Virus record (IMG/VR): IMGVR_UViG_3300012665_001002
Location: 1-27,874 of that record
DNA length: 27,874 nucleotides
From: a virus
Taxonomy: Duplodnaviria; Caudoviricetes
Strand: one strand, 5' to 3'
Below are positions 16,609 through 26,484 of the stretch, in pieces. The notes under the pieces were generated by a model. That model made no database searches. It was not told where the DNA came from and worked only from the letters and a program-made list of their open reading frames with translations. The translations under genes were made by a program, and so were the position numbers. Each line of letters begins with the position of its first letter. The first letter of the stretch is position 1.

Positions 16609-17883
16609 ATGCCATTTCCTCCAACACCTAGCAATACTCCGAGTAATACTGCAACACCAAGTAATACTCCTTCAAATACACCACCAGTTACTCCATCTAA
16701 TAGTTCATGCTTTCCTGCAAGTCCTACTCCTACCCCTACTGAAACCACAACAAATACTCCTACGCCTACCGAAACACCAACAAATACACCTACTTCAGTA
16801 ACTCCAACCCCTACTAATACATTAACACCTACTCCTACTCCTACCGCTACTTCAGGATGTGAATGTTATTACTATGATGTTGTTACTTATGAAGAAGATA
16901 TATTAAGAGCAAGTGGTAATACTGGTACTAATCTGTTCAGAAATGGGTTAGTTTGGGTAAGTTATAGAAATTGTGATGATAATGGATTCACAGATGCTAC
17001 ATTTGATAATACTGAGAGCCCGTATCAAAATGCAATATGTGTTAATGGTTTAGAACAATACAACCCACCAACAATTTTTATTTGGCAAGATAATGTACAG
17101 ACAACTGAAATATTGTCATTTGTTGTCAAAGGTGGTTGTTGTACCCCTCCACCAATAACTGTAAATGGTACTGATATTTTGGTGAATGACTTTTATTCAA
17201 CTCGTATTAACAAATATGACCCAATAACAAATGAAATAACATATTTGTTTAGTGCTGCAACAGGAAGTTATAGTGATATTGCAGCAACAACAAATAAAAT
17301 ATTTTTGAATAGTTCAATTGGAAATATTCTACAATATAGTTATACAGGCAGTCCTAATTTTAATGTTGTTTATGATACAACATATACAGGTTTTCCACCA
17401 GACGGAGTTGGATTAACAGCAAAAGATAATAACTATTTATATCGTGCTTATAATGATGTTAAGTTATTAAATTTATCAGCAGGTACATATTCAACTTTAT
17501 TTAGTTTAAGTGGAATTTGTGATAGTGGTGAATGTTATACAAGTGGGGATATTGCTTGGAATTCAAGTAAAAATCAATTTGCAATTACTTATTATGATAA
17601 TATAACATTTGATTTTGGAATTGCTTTAGTCAATTCAACAGGAGGTACTTTATACAACCTTAGTTTAAGTGGTTTTAGTGATACAACATATCCAGATTTA
17701 GTTAGTTCATATGGTGTATATGCCTATAATGATAAAGTTTGGATTGGAACAAATTATTTTTATTTATATGAAGTTGATTTTACTGGTTCAACAATAAGTT
17801 TACCAATCCAACCAAATAACTTAGCGTTACAAACAATATCGGGAGCAAATAATGCAACAGAAAACATAAATTGGGATTATTAA
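16609..17883 (+). CDS. Pro/Thr-linker protein with probable beta-propeller (adhesin/receptor-binding candidate)
   Basis: About 80-aa P/T/S/N repeat, a Cys module, then short beta-strand repeats. Confidence 0.6.
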   Translation: MPFPPTPSNTPSNTATPSNTPSNTPPVTPSNSSCFPASPTPTPTETTTNTPTPTETPTNTPTSVTPTPTNTLTPTPTPTATSGCECYYYDVVTYEEDILRASGNTGTNLFRNGLVWVSYRNCDDNGFTDATFDNTESPYQNAICVNGLEQYNPPTIFIWQDNVQTTEILSFVVKGGCCTPPPITVNGTDILVNDFYSTRINKYDPITNEITYLFSAATGSYSDIAATTNKIFLNSSIGNILQYSYTGSPNFNVVYDTTYTGFPPDGVGLTAKDNNYLYRAYNDVKLLNLSAGTYSTLFSLSGICDSGECYTSGDIAWNSSKNQFAITYYDNITFDFGIALVNSTGGTLYNLSLSGFSDTTYPDLVSSYGVYAYNDKVWIGTNYFYLYEVDFTGSTISLPIQPNNLALQTISGANNATENINWDY

Positions 17884-17895
17884 ATTATAAAAAAA

Positions 17896-19815
17896 ATGAG
17901 ATTAGCAATAAGTCCGACCCCATCTAATACACCGAGTAATACTCCCTCAATCACGCCTAGTCCAAGTAGTTGTCCTGGTACTATATCTTGTATGGAAATA
18001 GGAACTGGTTTTAATGCTCAGGTAGTTTCTATTTTGATTCAACCAAGTGGAAAATACATTGTTGGGGGTCAATTTAGTACATATTCAGGAGTATCTTCAA
18101 ATAAGTTAATTAGATTAAATAATGATGGTTCGGTAGATAGTTCATTTAATGTTGGTTCAGGTATAATAGGGATTGGTATTACAGCAGTTAGAGCAATAGC
18201 ATCTCAAAATGATGGTAAAATATTAATTGCTGGTGTTGGTACTACGAATTATGATGGTAATGTAACAAAAGGAATATTTAGATTAAATAATGATGGTTCA
18301 ATAGATAATACATTTGCACCAGAGACATTCAACAATGGAACAGGAGTTAACTTTAGTAATATTGCTCTTGATTCAAGTCAAAAAATATATGTGGCTGGTG
18401 CTATGACATTCTATAGTGGAAACTCACAAAATGGTATTATTAGATTAAATCCAGATGGTTCAAAAGATACATCATTTGATATTGGAATTGGATTTAGTGG
18501 TAGTCCAGATACACAAGTAATAATACCCCAATCTGATGGAAAAATATTTGTTGGGGGTCAATTCACTTCATATTCAGGTGTTTCGGCCAATAGGTTAATT
18601 AGATTAAATAATGATGGTTCAATAGATAATACATTTAACTATGGAACAGGATTTAATGGAGCTGTAAGGAATGCCGCACAACAATCTGATGGTAAATATA
18701 TTATTGTTGGTCAATTTACAAGTTATTCAGGACAATCAGCTAATAGAATTGTTAGATTAAATAATGATGGTTCAATAGATAATACTTTTGATACAAGTGT
18801 TGGGTTAAATGGTAATGCTCAAACTGTTTTGATACAATCTGATGGGAAAATTGTTGTTGGTGGTCAATTCACTGACTATTCAGGTGAACAAGCAGTAAGA
18901 ATATGTAGATTAAACACTGACGGTAGTTTTGATACGACATTCAATAGCGGAGGAGCTGGTTTTTCATCATCTGTTCAAACTATTAAACAACAATCAGATG
19001 ATAAATTACTAGTTGGTGGTGCATTTAGTACTTACAATACTTTTATTGCGGTTAATAGAATCATTAGATTAAATACTGATGGAAGTTCCAATATGTGTTC
19101 TGAAATACCTTATATACAATTTACAGTAACTTCAGGAACAACTGCAGAAGAAGCTTGTGCTTCAACTAATCCATTTATAATTTATACACAACCTTTTGAT
19201 GATTCGGCTTGTAGTGATGACTTGAGTGGATGGGCTTGTCTGCCACAAGACACACAAGGAGCTAGTCTTGACCCAGACGGAACAATAGATATACCTAATG
19301 GGTTTTATGCATCTGAATTTCAACCCGGAGTTATAGGTGTGTATGAATTTGATGGTGACTTTGGTAATTGGAGTATATGTGCTGGAGCAACTCCTACCCC
19401 CACAATAACTCCTACAATTACTCCGACCCCTACTCCTACTACTACATCAAGTAATTCAACACCAACCCCTACTCCTACTAATACTGAAACACCTACAAAT
19501 ACTCCTACTAATACTGAAACACCTACAAATACTCCAACTAATACTTCTACCCCTACTCCTACACCTACTAGCGGAACTGTAGAATATGATGTATACACTG
19601 CTGATGAATATAGTTGTCCAGGTTGTACTGTGTTAAGTTCAGGTGTTTTAGTTGCGTTTCCTGCAGGACAATCAGTCACTATTGGTAGATGGTATCCAGA
19701 TGGAGGGGACACATCACATTCATATTTAATAACTGGAACATCAACAGGAGCTGGTTACATTTTAACTAATATTTTTGGCTCATTCACAAGTTGTGTAGCG
19801 GCTTGTGCAGTATAA
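17896..19815 (+). CDS. Delta-60 (DUF5122-like) repeat beta-propeller protein with Pro/Thr linkers
   Basis: Seven repeats ending in RLNxDGS, most with QSDGKI(L/V)VGG-like segments. Confidence 0.85.
   Translation: MRLAISPTPSNTPSNTPSITPSPSSCPGTISCMEIGTGFNAQVVSILIQPSGKYIVGGQFSTYSGVSSNKLIRLNNDGSVDSSFNVGSGIIGIGITAVRAIASQNDGKILIAGVGTTNYDGNVTKGIFRLNNDGSIDNTFAPETFNNGTGVNFSNIALDSSQKIYVAGAMTFYSGNSQNGIIRLNPDGSKDTSFDIGIGFSGSPDTQVIIPQSDGKIFVGGQFTSYSGVSANRLIRLNNDGSIDNTFNYGTGFNGAVRNAAQQSDGKYIIVGQFTSYSGQSANRIVRLNNDGSIDNTFDTSVGLNGNAQTVLIQSDGKIVVGGQFTDYSGEQAVRICRLNTDGSFDTTFNSGGAGFSSSVQTIKQQSDDKLLVGGAFSTYNTFIAVNRIIRLNTDGSSNMCSEIPYIQFTVTSGTTAEEACASTNPFIIYTQPFDDSACSDDLSGWACLPQDTQGASLDPDGTIDIPNGFYASEFQPGVIGVYEFDGDFGNWSICAGATPTPTITPTITPTPTPTTTSSNSTPTPTPTNTETPTNTPTNTETPTNTPTNTSTPTPTPTSGTVEYDVYTADEYSCPGCTVLSSGVLVAFPAGQSVTIGRWYPDGGDTSHSYLITGTSTGAGYILTNIFGSFTSCVAACAV
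19471..19545 (+). repeat. 30-bp tandem repeat (two exact copies plus a partial)
   Basis: ACTCCTACTAATACTGAAACACCTACAAAT at 19471 and 19501; encodes TPTNTETPTN. Confidence 0.9.
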
Positions 19816-19854
19816 GTTGTAGATAAATTTAATGAAAGGTATATTTTATAGTAT

Positions 19855-22563
19855 ATGGCAAAAGAAATAGTTTTTAAGTTTAAGGTTGAAGTTGATGGAA
19901 AACAAGTAGAACAAACAGTAAGTTCTATTGATGGTTTCCAAAAAAGAATATCTGACCTTCAAACCAAGTTAAATTCAGCACCATTAGGCTCCAAACAATT
20001 TCAGGAACTTCAGAAAGAATTAAAGAAAACTGAAGGAGCTTTTGATGCGGCAAAAAGTAAAAATCAATCATTTCTTGATAACTTATCCCAAGCTCCTGGT
20101 ATATTAGGAAATTTGGGACAATCAATTCAAGGTGCTGGTAAGTTATTCAGTAGTTTTAATAATGTTCTTAAGTTCTCTTTCTTTGGGATACTAGCCACAC
20201 TTATTACGAAGGTCGTGGAGAAGCTATCACAGATGGAGGGAGTACTTGACCCATTAACAAAAATAACGGAGATATTCTCCACTGTAATAGGTAAATTAGC
20301 TAATGTAGTTATGAAGCCCCTATCATTTATTATTGAAGGGGTTGCATCAGGTTTTGAGAAACTTGGAAATATATTAGGTAAGATAACTGGTGATGGTGAA
20401 ACATATGGTGATACATTAGGAAAAATTAGTGAAGGGTTAGACCAACTAGAAGATTCACAAGCGTCTTTTGATTTACAACTTCAAAAATCCAACAGAGCAC
20501 TTGCCGAAGCTAGAGAAATAGCAGCAGACCAAACAAAATCATTAGATGAAAGGAAAAAAGCCCTACAAGATGCAGATGCAGTTGAAAGGGATTTAGCAAA
20601 ACAAAATAGAGAAAGAACTTTACAGAGAGCAAGATTACAAGCACAACAATTAGCCGCTGAACTTGGTTTTAATGAAGAAAGAATTAAAGCGATAGGTAAG
20701 TATGATGCAAAAGCATTAGAAAGTTTTACAAAAGAAGTTGATGGTTTCAAAGGACTTAATAGAGATAAAACAAACGCATTATTAGGTTACATCGGACAAG
20801 TTGAAGAAATATCAGCTCAAGAAGCAAAGATAGGTAAGAAAACAGCTTCAGCAGTCAAAGCATTAGACAATGAAGAGAAACAAAGATTAGAGACAAAAAG
20901 AAAAGAAGCCGCTGATGCCGCAAAACAAAGAAGAGCAGACCAAATAAGTGATTATGATAGTCAGATAAAATTATTATTGACCTTCCAAAAAGATGTGGTT
21001 AATAAAGATGTTGCTTATTATGAAGAACTTAGAACCAAACTACAGGACTTCTATACAAAGAGAAATGCATTAGAAGACAAAGATAAAAAGTTAACTGCAT
21101 CCCAACTAAAGCAGAGACAAATAGACCAGAAGAAAGCTATTGAGGATGGTATTAAAACTTTGGTTGATGCATCTGATAAGACAAGACAATTAGACGAAGA
21201 AGTTATCAAGTCAGCAGATGCGGTTACAAAAGCAAAACAAAAACAGACAACTGATATTATTGATGCGACAATAATGTTGCAACAAGAACAAGATAAGCAA
21301 TATGAAAAAGATAGTCAAAGGTTGACTAACTCTGTTGAACTTGCAAAAAAATTATATGGGGAAGACTCAGAACAATATAAAAATGCAATCATTGCAAAGA
21401 ATAAGTTAGACGAACAATATTACAAAAACAAGGAAGCTAACAATACCAAGTTGGAGGAAGCCCAAAAAGCAAGAAACGAAAGAATTACTGCTTTAGATAA
21501 AACCCAACTTGATGCACAAACAAGTAACTTAACAGATGCCTTACAGAAACAACTTGTGGCTATTGAAAATGATGGTAAACAAAAAGTTGAAGCATTCAAA
21601 AAACAACTTGATTCATCCGTAGCGTTAGGTGATATTACTTTAGAAGAAGCTAAAAAGAAACTTATAAATTATTCAACAGTTGTAGCTCAAGGTGTTGAAG
21701 AAGCGACTAAGAAAGCAGTAGGTCAAGACTTCCTTGATAAACTCCAAAAAGGTGTTGATACTGCTTTATCTGGTGGTGAAGCTTCATATTCAAAAACAGT
21801 TGAGACAATTAAAAAGTCACAAGACAAGTTAGATGAAGCTTATAAGAACGGACAAATTACTAATGATGAATATACTAAAGCTTCATTAGATAACGAAGCA
21901 AAGTTAACCGCAGCAAAACAAAGAAATATAACAGCGATAAATGGAGCAGCTGCTGCGACATTAGCATTAGCTCAGGCATTTGGTGAAGAAAGTGCTGCTG
22001 GTAGGGTATTGATTAAAGTAAACCAAGCTTTAGCACTTGCTTCAACAGCATTAGCTTTGGCTGAAAGTATTAAAGGTCTTGGTAAAGATATTGCTAAAGG
22101 TTTTCCTCAAAACTTAGTAGCGGTGGCGTCAACCTTGACTTTGATAGCAACTGCGTTTACCCAAGCAAAAGCTTTGTTTGGTAAAGCAAAAGCAACTGCT
22201 GAAACAAGTGGACCGGAAGAACCTCGTAAATTAGCGAGTGGTGGTTTTGTATCAGGACCTGGAACGGGAACTTCAGATTCAATACCTGCTAGATTATCCA
22301 ATGGTGAAAGTGTTATCAATGCAAACTCAACAAGAATGTTTGCCCCATTGTTATCAGCAATTAATCAAGTAGGTGGAGGTGATGCCTTCCAATTCGGTGG
22401 TATTGTTTCAAGTAGTGATATGAACTTACAACAACAAAACCAAAGCCTTATAGGTGCTTTATCAGGACAAGAAGCACAACCAATAAAAACTTATGTTGTA
22501 GCAACTGATATGACCTCACAACAAATGTTTGATAGAGCCCAAAAATCACGCTCTACACTATAG
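19855..22563 (+). CDS. Tape measure protein
   Basis: 902 aa, A/K/Q/E-rich helical; C-terminal GGFVSGPGTGTSDSIPARLSNGESVINA motif. Confidence 0.8.
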   Translation: MAKEIVFKFKVEVDGKQVEQTVSSIDGFQKRISDLQTKLNSAPLGSKQFQELQKELKKTEGAFDAAKSKNQSFLDNLSQAPGILGNLGQSIQGAGKLFSSFNNVLKFSFFGILATLITKVVEKLSQMEGVLDPLTKITEIFSTVIGKLANVVMKPLSFIIEGVASGFEKLGNILGKITGDGETYGDTLGKISEGLDQLEDSQASFDLQLQKSNRALAEAREIAADQTKSLDERKKALQDADAVERDLAKQNRERTLQRARLQAQQLAAELGFNEERIKAIGKYDAKALESFTKEVDGFKGLNRDKTNALLGYIGQVEEISAQEAKIGKKTASAVKALDNEEKQRLETKRKEAADAAKQRRADQISDYDSQIKLLLTFQKDVVNKDVAYYEELRTKLQDFYTKRNALEDKDKKLTASQLKQRQIDQKKAIEDGIKTLVDASDKTRQLDEEVIKSADAVTKAKQKQTTDIIDATIMLQQEQDKQYEKDSQRLTNSVELAKKLYGEDSEQYKNAIIAKNKLDEQYYKNKEANNTKLEEAQKARNERITALDKTQLDAQTSNLTDALQKQLVAIENDGKQKVEAFKKQLDSSVALGDITLEEAKKKLINYSTVVAQGVEEATKKAVGQDFLDKLQKGVDTALSGGEASYSKTVETIKKSQDKLDEAYKNGQITNDEYTKASLDNEAKLTAAKQRNITAINGAAAATLALAQAFGEESAAGRVLIKVNQALALASTALALAESIKGLGKDIAKGFPQNLVAVASTLTLIATAFTQAKALFGKAKATAETSGPEEPRKLASGGFVSGPGTGTSDSIPARLSNGESVINANSTRMFAPLLSAINQVGGGDAFQFGGIVSSSDMNLQQQNQSLIGALSGQEAQPIKTYVVATDMTSQQMFDRAQKSRSTL

Positions 22564-22600
22564 TTTTTAACTAAATAAACTATTTTGATATTTATAAGTA

Positions 22601-24727
22601 ATGACTCCAAAAATTATAGAACTTATTATTGAAGATGGGGATGCAGAAGCTGGCTTAGATGGTATTGCATTAGTTGAAATGCCAGCACACGAAGCCAACT
22701 TTGAATATTTTTCACACGAAGAAAGTAATACACATTATGTATTATCTGATGAAGAAATACCTAAAGTATTACAAATGTTTCAAGCTTATGGTGAATCTCA
22801 AGGTTCTTTAGAAGAACAAGGGTTTATTCTCCATTCTGTCGTTGAATTAAATAGACAAGAGTTTCAAATATTAGCCGACCCAAATGCTCCTTCAGCTCAA
22901 GATACCCCTGATGTAAAATTCAGATACAAATATGTAGGACCACAAGACAAAAAAAATAGAACATTCTGTGCAGAGATGATGAGAGCTAATAGAGTTTTCA
23001 GAATTGAAGATGTGATGGAAATGAGTAATCGTTCAGTTAACCCTGTTGGTCCTGATGGTTATGATATGTTCCTTTGGAGAGGTTCATTTAACTGTAGACA
23101 CAGATGGGTACAACTTATTTATAAAAATCCTGGCACAATTATCAATAAAGCATCTGTTAGAAAAGGTCTTATTGATGAAGATGATATGCCAGGCCCCGAT
23201 ACAAGAACCACTGCTACAATAGCGGCTGGAAACACCCCTCCAAGAACGGGATTTGCTGCATCTAATCCTGATGTTAGTGCATTGCAGCCTTATGTAGACC
23301 AAGTCACAGATGAGGTTGAAAAAGCACCCGTATTGGCAGCTCAGGAAGGTAACATCAATGTATTGGGTTATCTTACTCGTTTCTTCTACATATGTCCTGG
23401 AGCAATAGAATTGTTCCAACACTTGATGTCAATGCCATTGAATGAAGAAACACAAGGTATGGTTAGAAGTGCAGCACAAGTTGCAGATAATGTGTTTAGA
23501 ATAGAAGATGAGGTAATTAAGAGAGGTTCTGCAACATTGGATGAACTAGTCCAAGCACAAATACTAGTTGATGATTTCAAAGATATTATGCGTGAGGTAG
23601 ATGAAGAAGTTGGTATGATTCACAATACCACATTTATGGATGGACACATTATGAAGATAGGAGAACTAGTTCAACAAAAAATGGCTGGTTTAGAAGATGC
23701 ATGTTGGCCAGGTTATGAAGCAATTGGAATGAAACCCGGTCCTGATGGAAGGGATGTACCTAACTGTGTTCCAATAAAGAATAAAATGTCTATTGATATT
23801 GAGATAGAATGTGATGAATGTGGATGGGAATGGAGCTATGCTGATGGAGGTGATAAACCTTTTATTTGCAAATGTGGTTATGATAACACACCAACTGAAA
23901 TAGACGAAGATGGTAATTATATTATTAGTGAGTTTGCTAGCTTTGATGATTACCCTGAACTTATCCGTAAAAATGCGCAAAAGGTATTAGATTATATTGA
24001 TAGAACTGGTAACCCCAATAATTGTATGACTCAGGTTGGTAAAGTCAGAGCACAGCAATTAGCACAGGGAAAACCCATTTCAATAGAAACAGTTAAGCGT
24101 ATGAAAGCTTATATCACAAGACATCAAAAAGATTTACAAGTAAGTAAGTCATATGATGATGGTTGTGGGTTATTATCAATGGATGCTTGGGGTGGAATTG
24201 AAGCTTTGCCTTGGGTTGAAAGAACAATAAATCAGTATGAAGAAATGAATGCTGAAACAGAAATGGTTTTTTCAGTATTTAATAATGAACAAAGGCTTGT
24301 TGTAGGTCCTGCAATGATACCTGATAAGATGATTATTAGGAGAGATGAAATAACAGGAAATATTTATTATGTCTATTTCACATCAGATACCATTAAGAAA
24401 CTTCAACAGAAGTTTATGATGGAAAAACTACTTGATAAGACAAACATAGAACACCAAAGAAAGTTCTTAAGAAATGTTGATGTAGTTGAGAGTTGGATTG
24501 TAGATGATGAACAAAAAGATAAACAACAAGTTTTTGGTATGAGTTACCCTAAAGGTACTTGGATGATATCAATGAAGGTTAACGATGATGAAACTTGGAG
24601 TAAAGTTAAAGATGGTAAATTAAAGGGGTTTTCAGTTCAAGGATACTTCTTAGAAAAAGCTAAATTTAACTCACAAGACCAACATTTAATAGAAGAAATA
24701 AAAAATATTCTGAAACAAGTTGTATGA
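22601..24727 (+). CDS. XkdF-like putative prohead protease with multiple inserted modules
   Basis: N-terminal IALVEMPAHE; C-terminal QRLVVGPAMIPD, TNIEH, VESWIV, GTW and GKLKGFSVQG; lies before scaffold and capsid genes. Confidence 0.75.
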   Translation: MTPKIIELIIEDGDAEAGLDGIALVEMPAHEANFEYFSHEESNTHYVLSDEEIPKVLQMFQAYGESQGSLEEQGFILHSVVELNRQEFQILADPNAPSAQDTPDVKFRYKYVGPQDKKNRTFCAEMMRANRVFRIEDVMEMSNRSVNPVGPDGYDMFLWRGSFNCRHRWVQLIYKNPGTIINKASVRKGLIDEDDMPGPDTRTTATIAAGNTPPRTGFAASNPDVSALQPYVDQVTDEVEKAPVLAAQEGNINVLGYLTRFFYICPGAIELFQHLMSMPLNEETQGMVRSAAQVADNVFRIEDEVIKRGSATLDELVQAQILVDDFKDIMREVDEEVGMIHNTTFMDGHIMKIGELVQQKMAGLEDACWPGYEAIGMKPGPDGRDVPNCVPIKNKMSIDIEIECDECGWEWSYADGGDKPFICKCGYDNTPTEIDEDGNYIISEFASFDDYPELIRKNAQKVLDYIDRTGNPNNCMTQVGKVRAQQLAQGKPISIETVKRMKAYITRHQKDLQVSKSYDDGCGLLSMDAWGGIEALPWVERTINQYEEMNAETEMVFSVFNNEQRLVVGPAMIPDKMIIRRDEITGNIYYVYFTSDTIKKLQQKFMMEKLLDKTNIEHQRKFLRNVDVVESWIVDDEQKDKQQVFGMSYPKGTWMISMKVNDDETWSKVKDGKLKGFSVQGYFLEKAKFNSQDQHLIEEIKNILKQVV

Positions 24728-25488
24728 TGAATTACCGAGATGCTATAAGAAAAATAAATAAACTATTTGGTTTCCAAAAGTTTAACTCATATAAATTAAA
24801 GGACTCTGACCAAGAGTTAGTTTTGCATAATGATTTGGCTGTAGATGAGCCTGTCTATATCATAACTGATAACGGACAACTTCCTGCTAAAGATGGTGAG
24901 TATTTACTTGAAGACACAACCAAAATAAAAATTCAGGACGGAAAAGTCCACGAAATAAAATACGATATGGAAAAGAAAGAAAGCTTCGTTGAAGCCGCTT
25001 TGAAAGATGGTACAATCGTTAAGTCAAATACATTTGATGTAGGCGAGGAAGTCAAAGTTGTAAGTCCAGATGGTAAAGAAGTTCCAGCACCAGACGGAGA
25101 GCATGAATTGTCTCTCAAGGATAGTGAAGGAAAAGAAGTACTTATCAAGATTATAACTAAAGACGGAAAAATCGTTGAAAGAGAGAATGTTGAACTTCCT
25201 ATGGAAGAGGAAATGGGTATGATGCCTGACCTTTCTGTTGGAAACGATATCATTGATAGCGAATTCAAAAAAATTATGATGGAGAAGATAGACGGTCTAG
25301 TCTCCAAAGTTGAATCTATCGCTGCAGATTATGAAGATATGAAGAAAAAAGTATCTAAATTCTCTAAAGAACCAGCAGGTGAGCCAATTAGACAATCAAA
25401 GAATGTAATTGCTGATTATGAAAGTGTTAAAAATAACCACATTCAGCAGTTAATTAACATCAGAGCTAACGCTATGAACAAAAAATAA
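24724..25488 (+). CDS. Putative scaffold protein
   Basis: Acidic; two LKD...PAxDGE(Y/H)xL...DGK repeats, then a coiled coil; lies between protease and capsid genes. Confidence 0.65.
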   Translation: MMNYRDAIRKINKLFGFQKFNSYKLKDSDQELVLHNDLAVDEPVYIITDNGQLPAKDGEYLLEDTTKIKIQDGKVHEIKYDMEKKESFVEAALKDGTIVKSNTFDVGEEVKVVSPDGKEVPAPDGEHELSLKDSEGKEVLIKIITKDGKIVERENVELPMEEEMGMMPDLSVGNDIIDSEFKKIMMEKIDGLVSKVESIAADYEDMKKKVSKFSKEPAGEPIRQSKNVIADYESVKNNHIQQLINIRANAMNKK

Positions 25489-25511
25489 AAATAAAAAAAA
25501 ACCCAAAAATT

Positions 25512-26456
25512 ATGGCAAATAAGAAATATGATTTCGGTTTTAATCTTTCATCCCTTGCAACTTACACAGACGAAGTTGGTGGTGAATTGATTAGAAGAGC
25601 TATACTTGAAGGTGAAACAGCTAAGATTATCAAGGTACAACCTGGTATCAAAGGGTCTCAATCAATCAATTTGCTTGATTCTACTTTGTATGTACAGGAC
25701 GGAACTTGCGGCTGGACTTCAAGTGGTGCTACAACTTATACACAGAGAGACATTGCTGTGTGTGCTTACAAAGTTAATGAAGCTTTGTGTCCTGCAGACC
25801 TTAACGATTACTGGTTAGGTCAACTATTAACTCCTGGTTCTTACAATGAATCAGTACCATTTGAGCAACAAATTGCTGAATTGAAAACTGCACAGATATC
25901 TCAATATATTGAGAACATCATGTGGCAAGCTTCTTCTGCTACAACTTGTTTCTCTGGTTTCAAAGAATTGTTTGGCAAACTTGGAACTGGTACAACTACT
26001 GTAACTGGTGGTATTTCATTGAACGGTCAATCACCTATTTCATCTGTTTCAGCTTTGACTCAGGTAGATGCTCTTGTTGAGCAAATCCCTGACGATGTTG
26101 TTGATAGAACTGACTGGGTTGTTTTCATGTCACATGCAAACTACAGAAAGTATTTGATTAACTACAGAACAGCTAACTACTTCCATTTCAACCCTGAGAA
26201 CTCTTATCAAGATTTCAAAACCTTCCATCCAGCTACGAACATCCTTGTTCACCCAGTTGGAGGTTTGAACGGTTCTAATCTTGTTGTATTAGCTCCAGCA
26301 GGTTATTTGGTAATGGGTGTGGACTTGATGTCTGATTCTGAAACACTTAAAATGTTCTACTCTGTTGACTTTGATGAAGTTAGATTGAGAAGTAACTTCA
26401 AAATTGGTGTTCAGGTTGCATGGCCTCAGTTCGTAATCACAAATGGTCTATCTTAA
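25512..26456 (+). CDS. Major capsid protein (putative)
   Basis: 314 aa after the scaffold; frequent TTC/AAC/TAC codons suggest high expression; long A-rich leader. Confidence 0.8.
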   Translation: MANKKYDFGFNLSSLATYTDEVGGELIRRAILEGETAKIIKVQPGIKGSQSINLLDSTLYVQDGTCGWTSSGATTYTQRDIAVCAYKVNEALCPADLNDYWLGQLLTPGSYNESVPFEQQIAELKTAQISQYIENIMWQASSATTCFSGFKELFGKLGTGTTTVTGGISLNGQSPISSVSALTQVDALVEQIPDDVVDRTDWVVFMSHANYRKYLINYRTANYFHFNPENSYQDFKTFHPATNILVHPVGGLNGSNLVVLAPAGYLVMGVDLMSDSETLKMFYSVDFDEVRLRSNFKIGVQVAWPQFVITNGLS

Positions 26457-26484
26457 TAAACACAAAAACTAAAATTAAAACACT

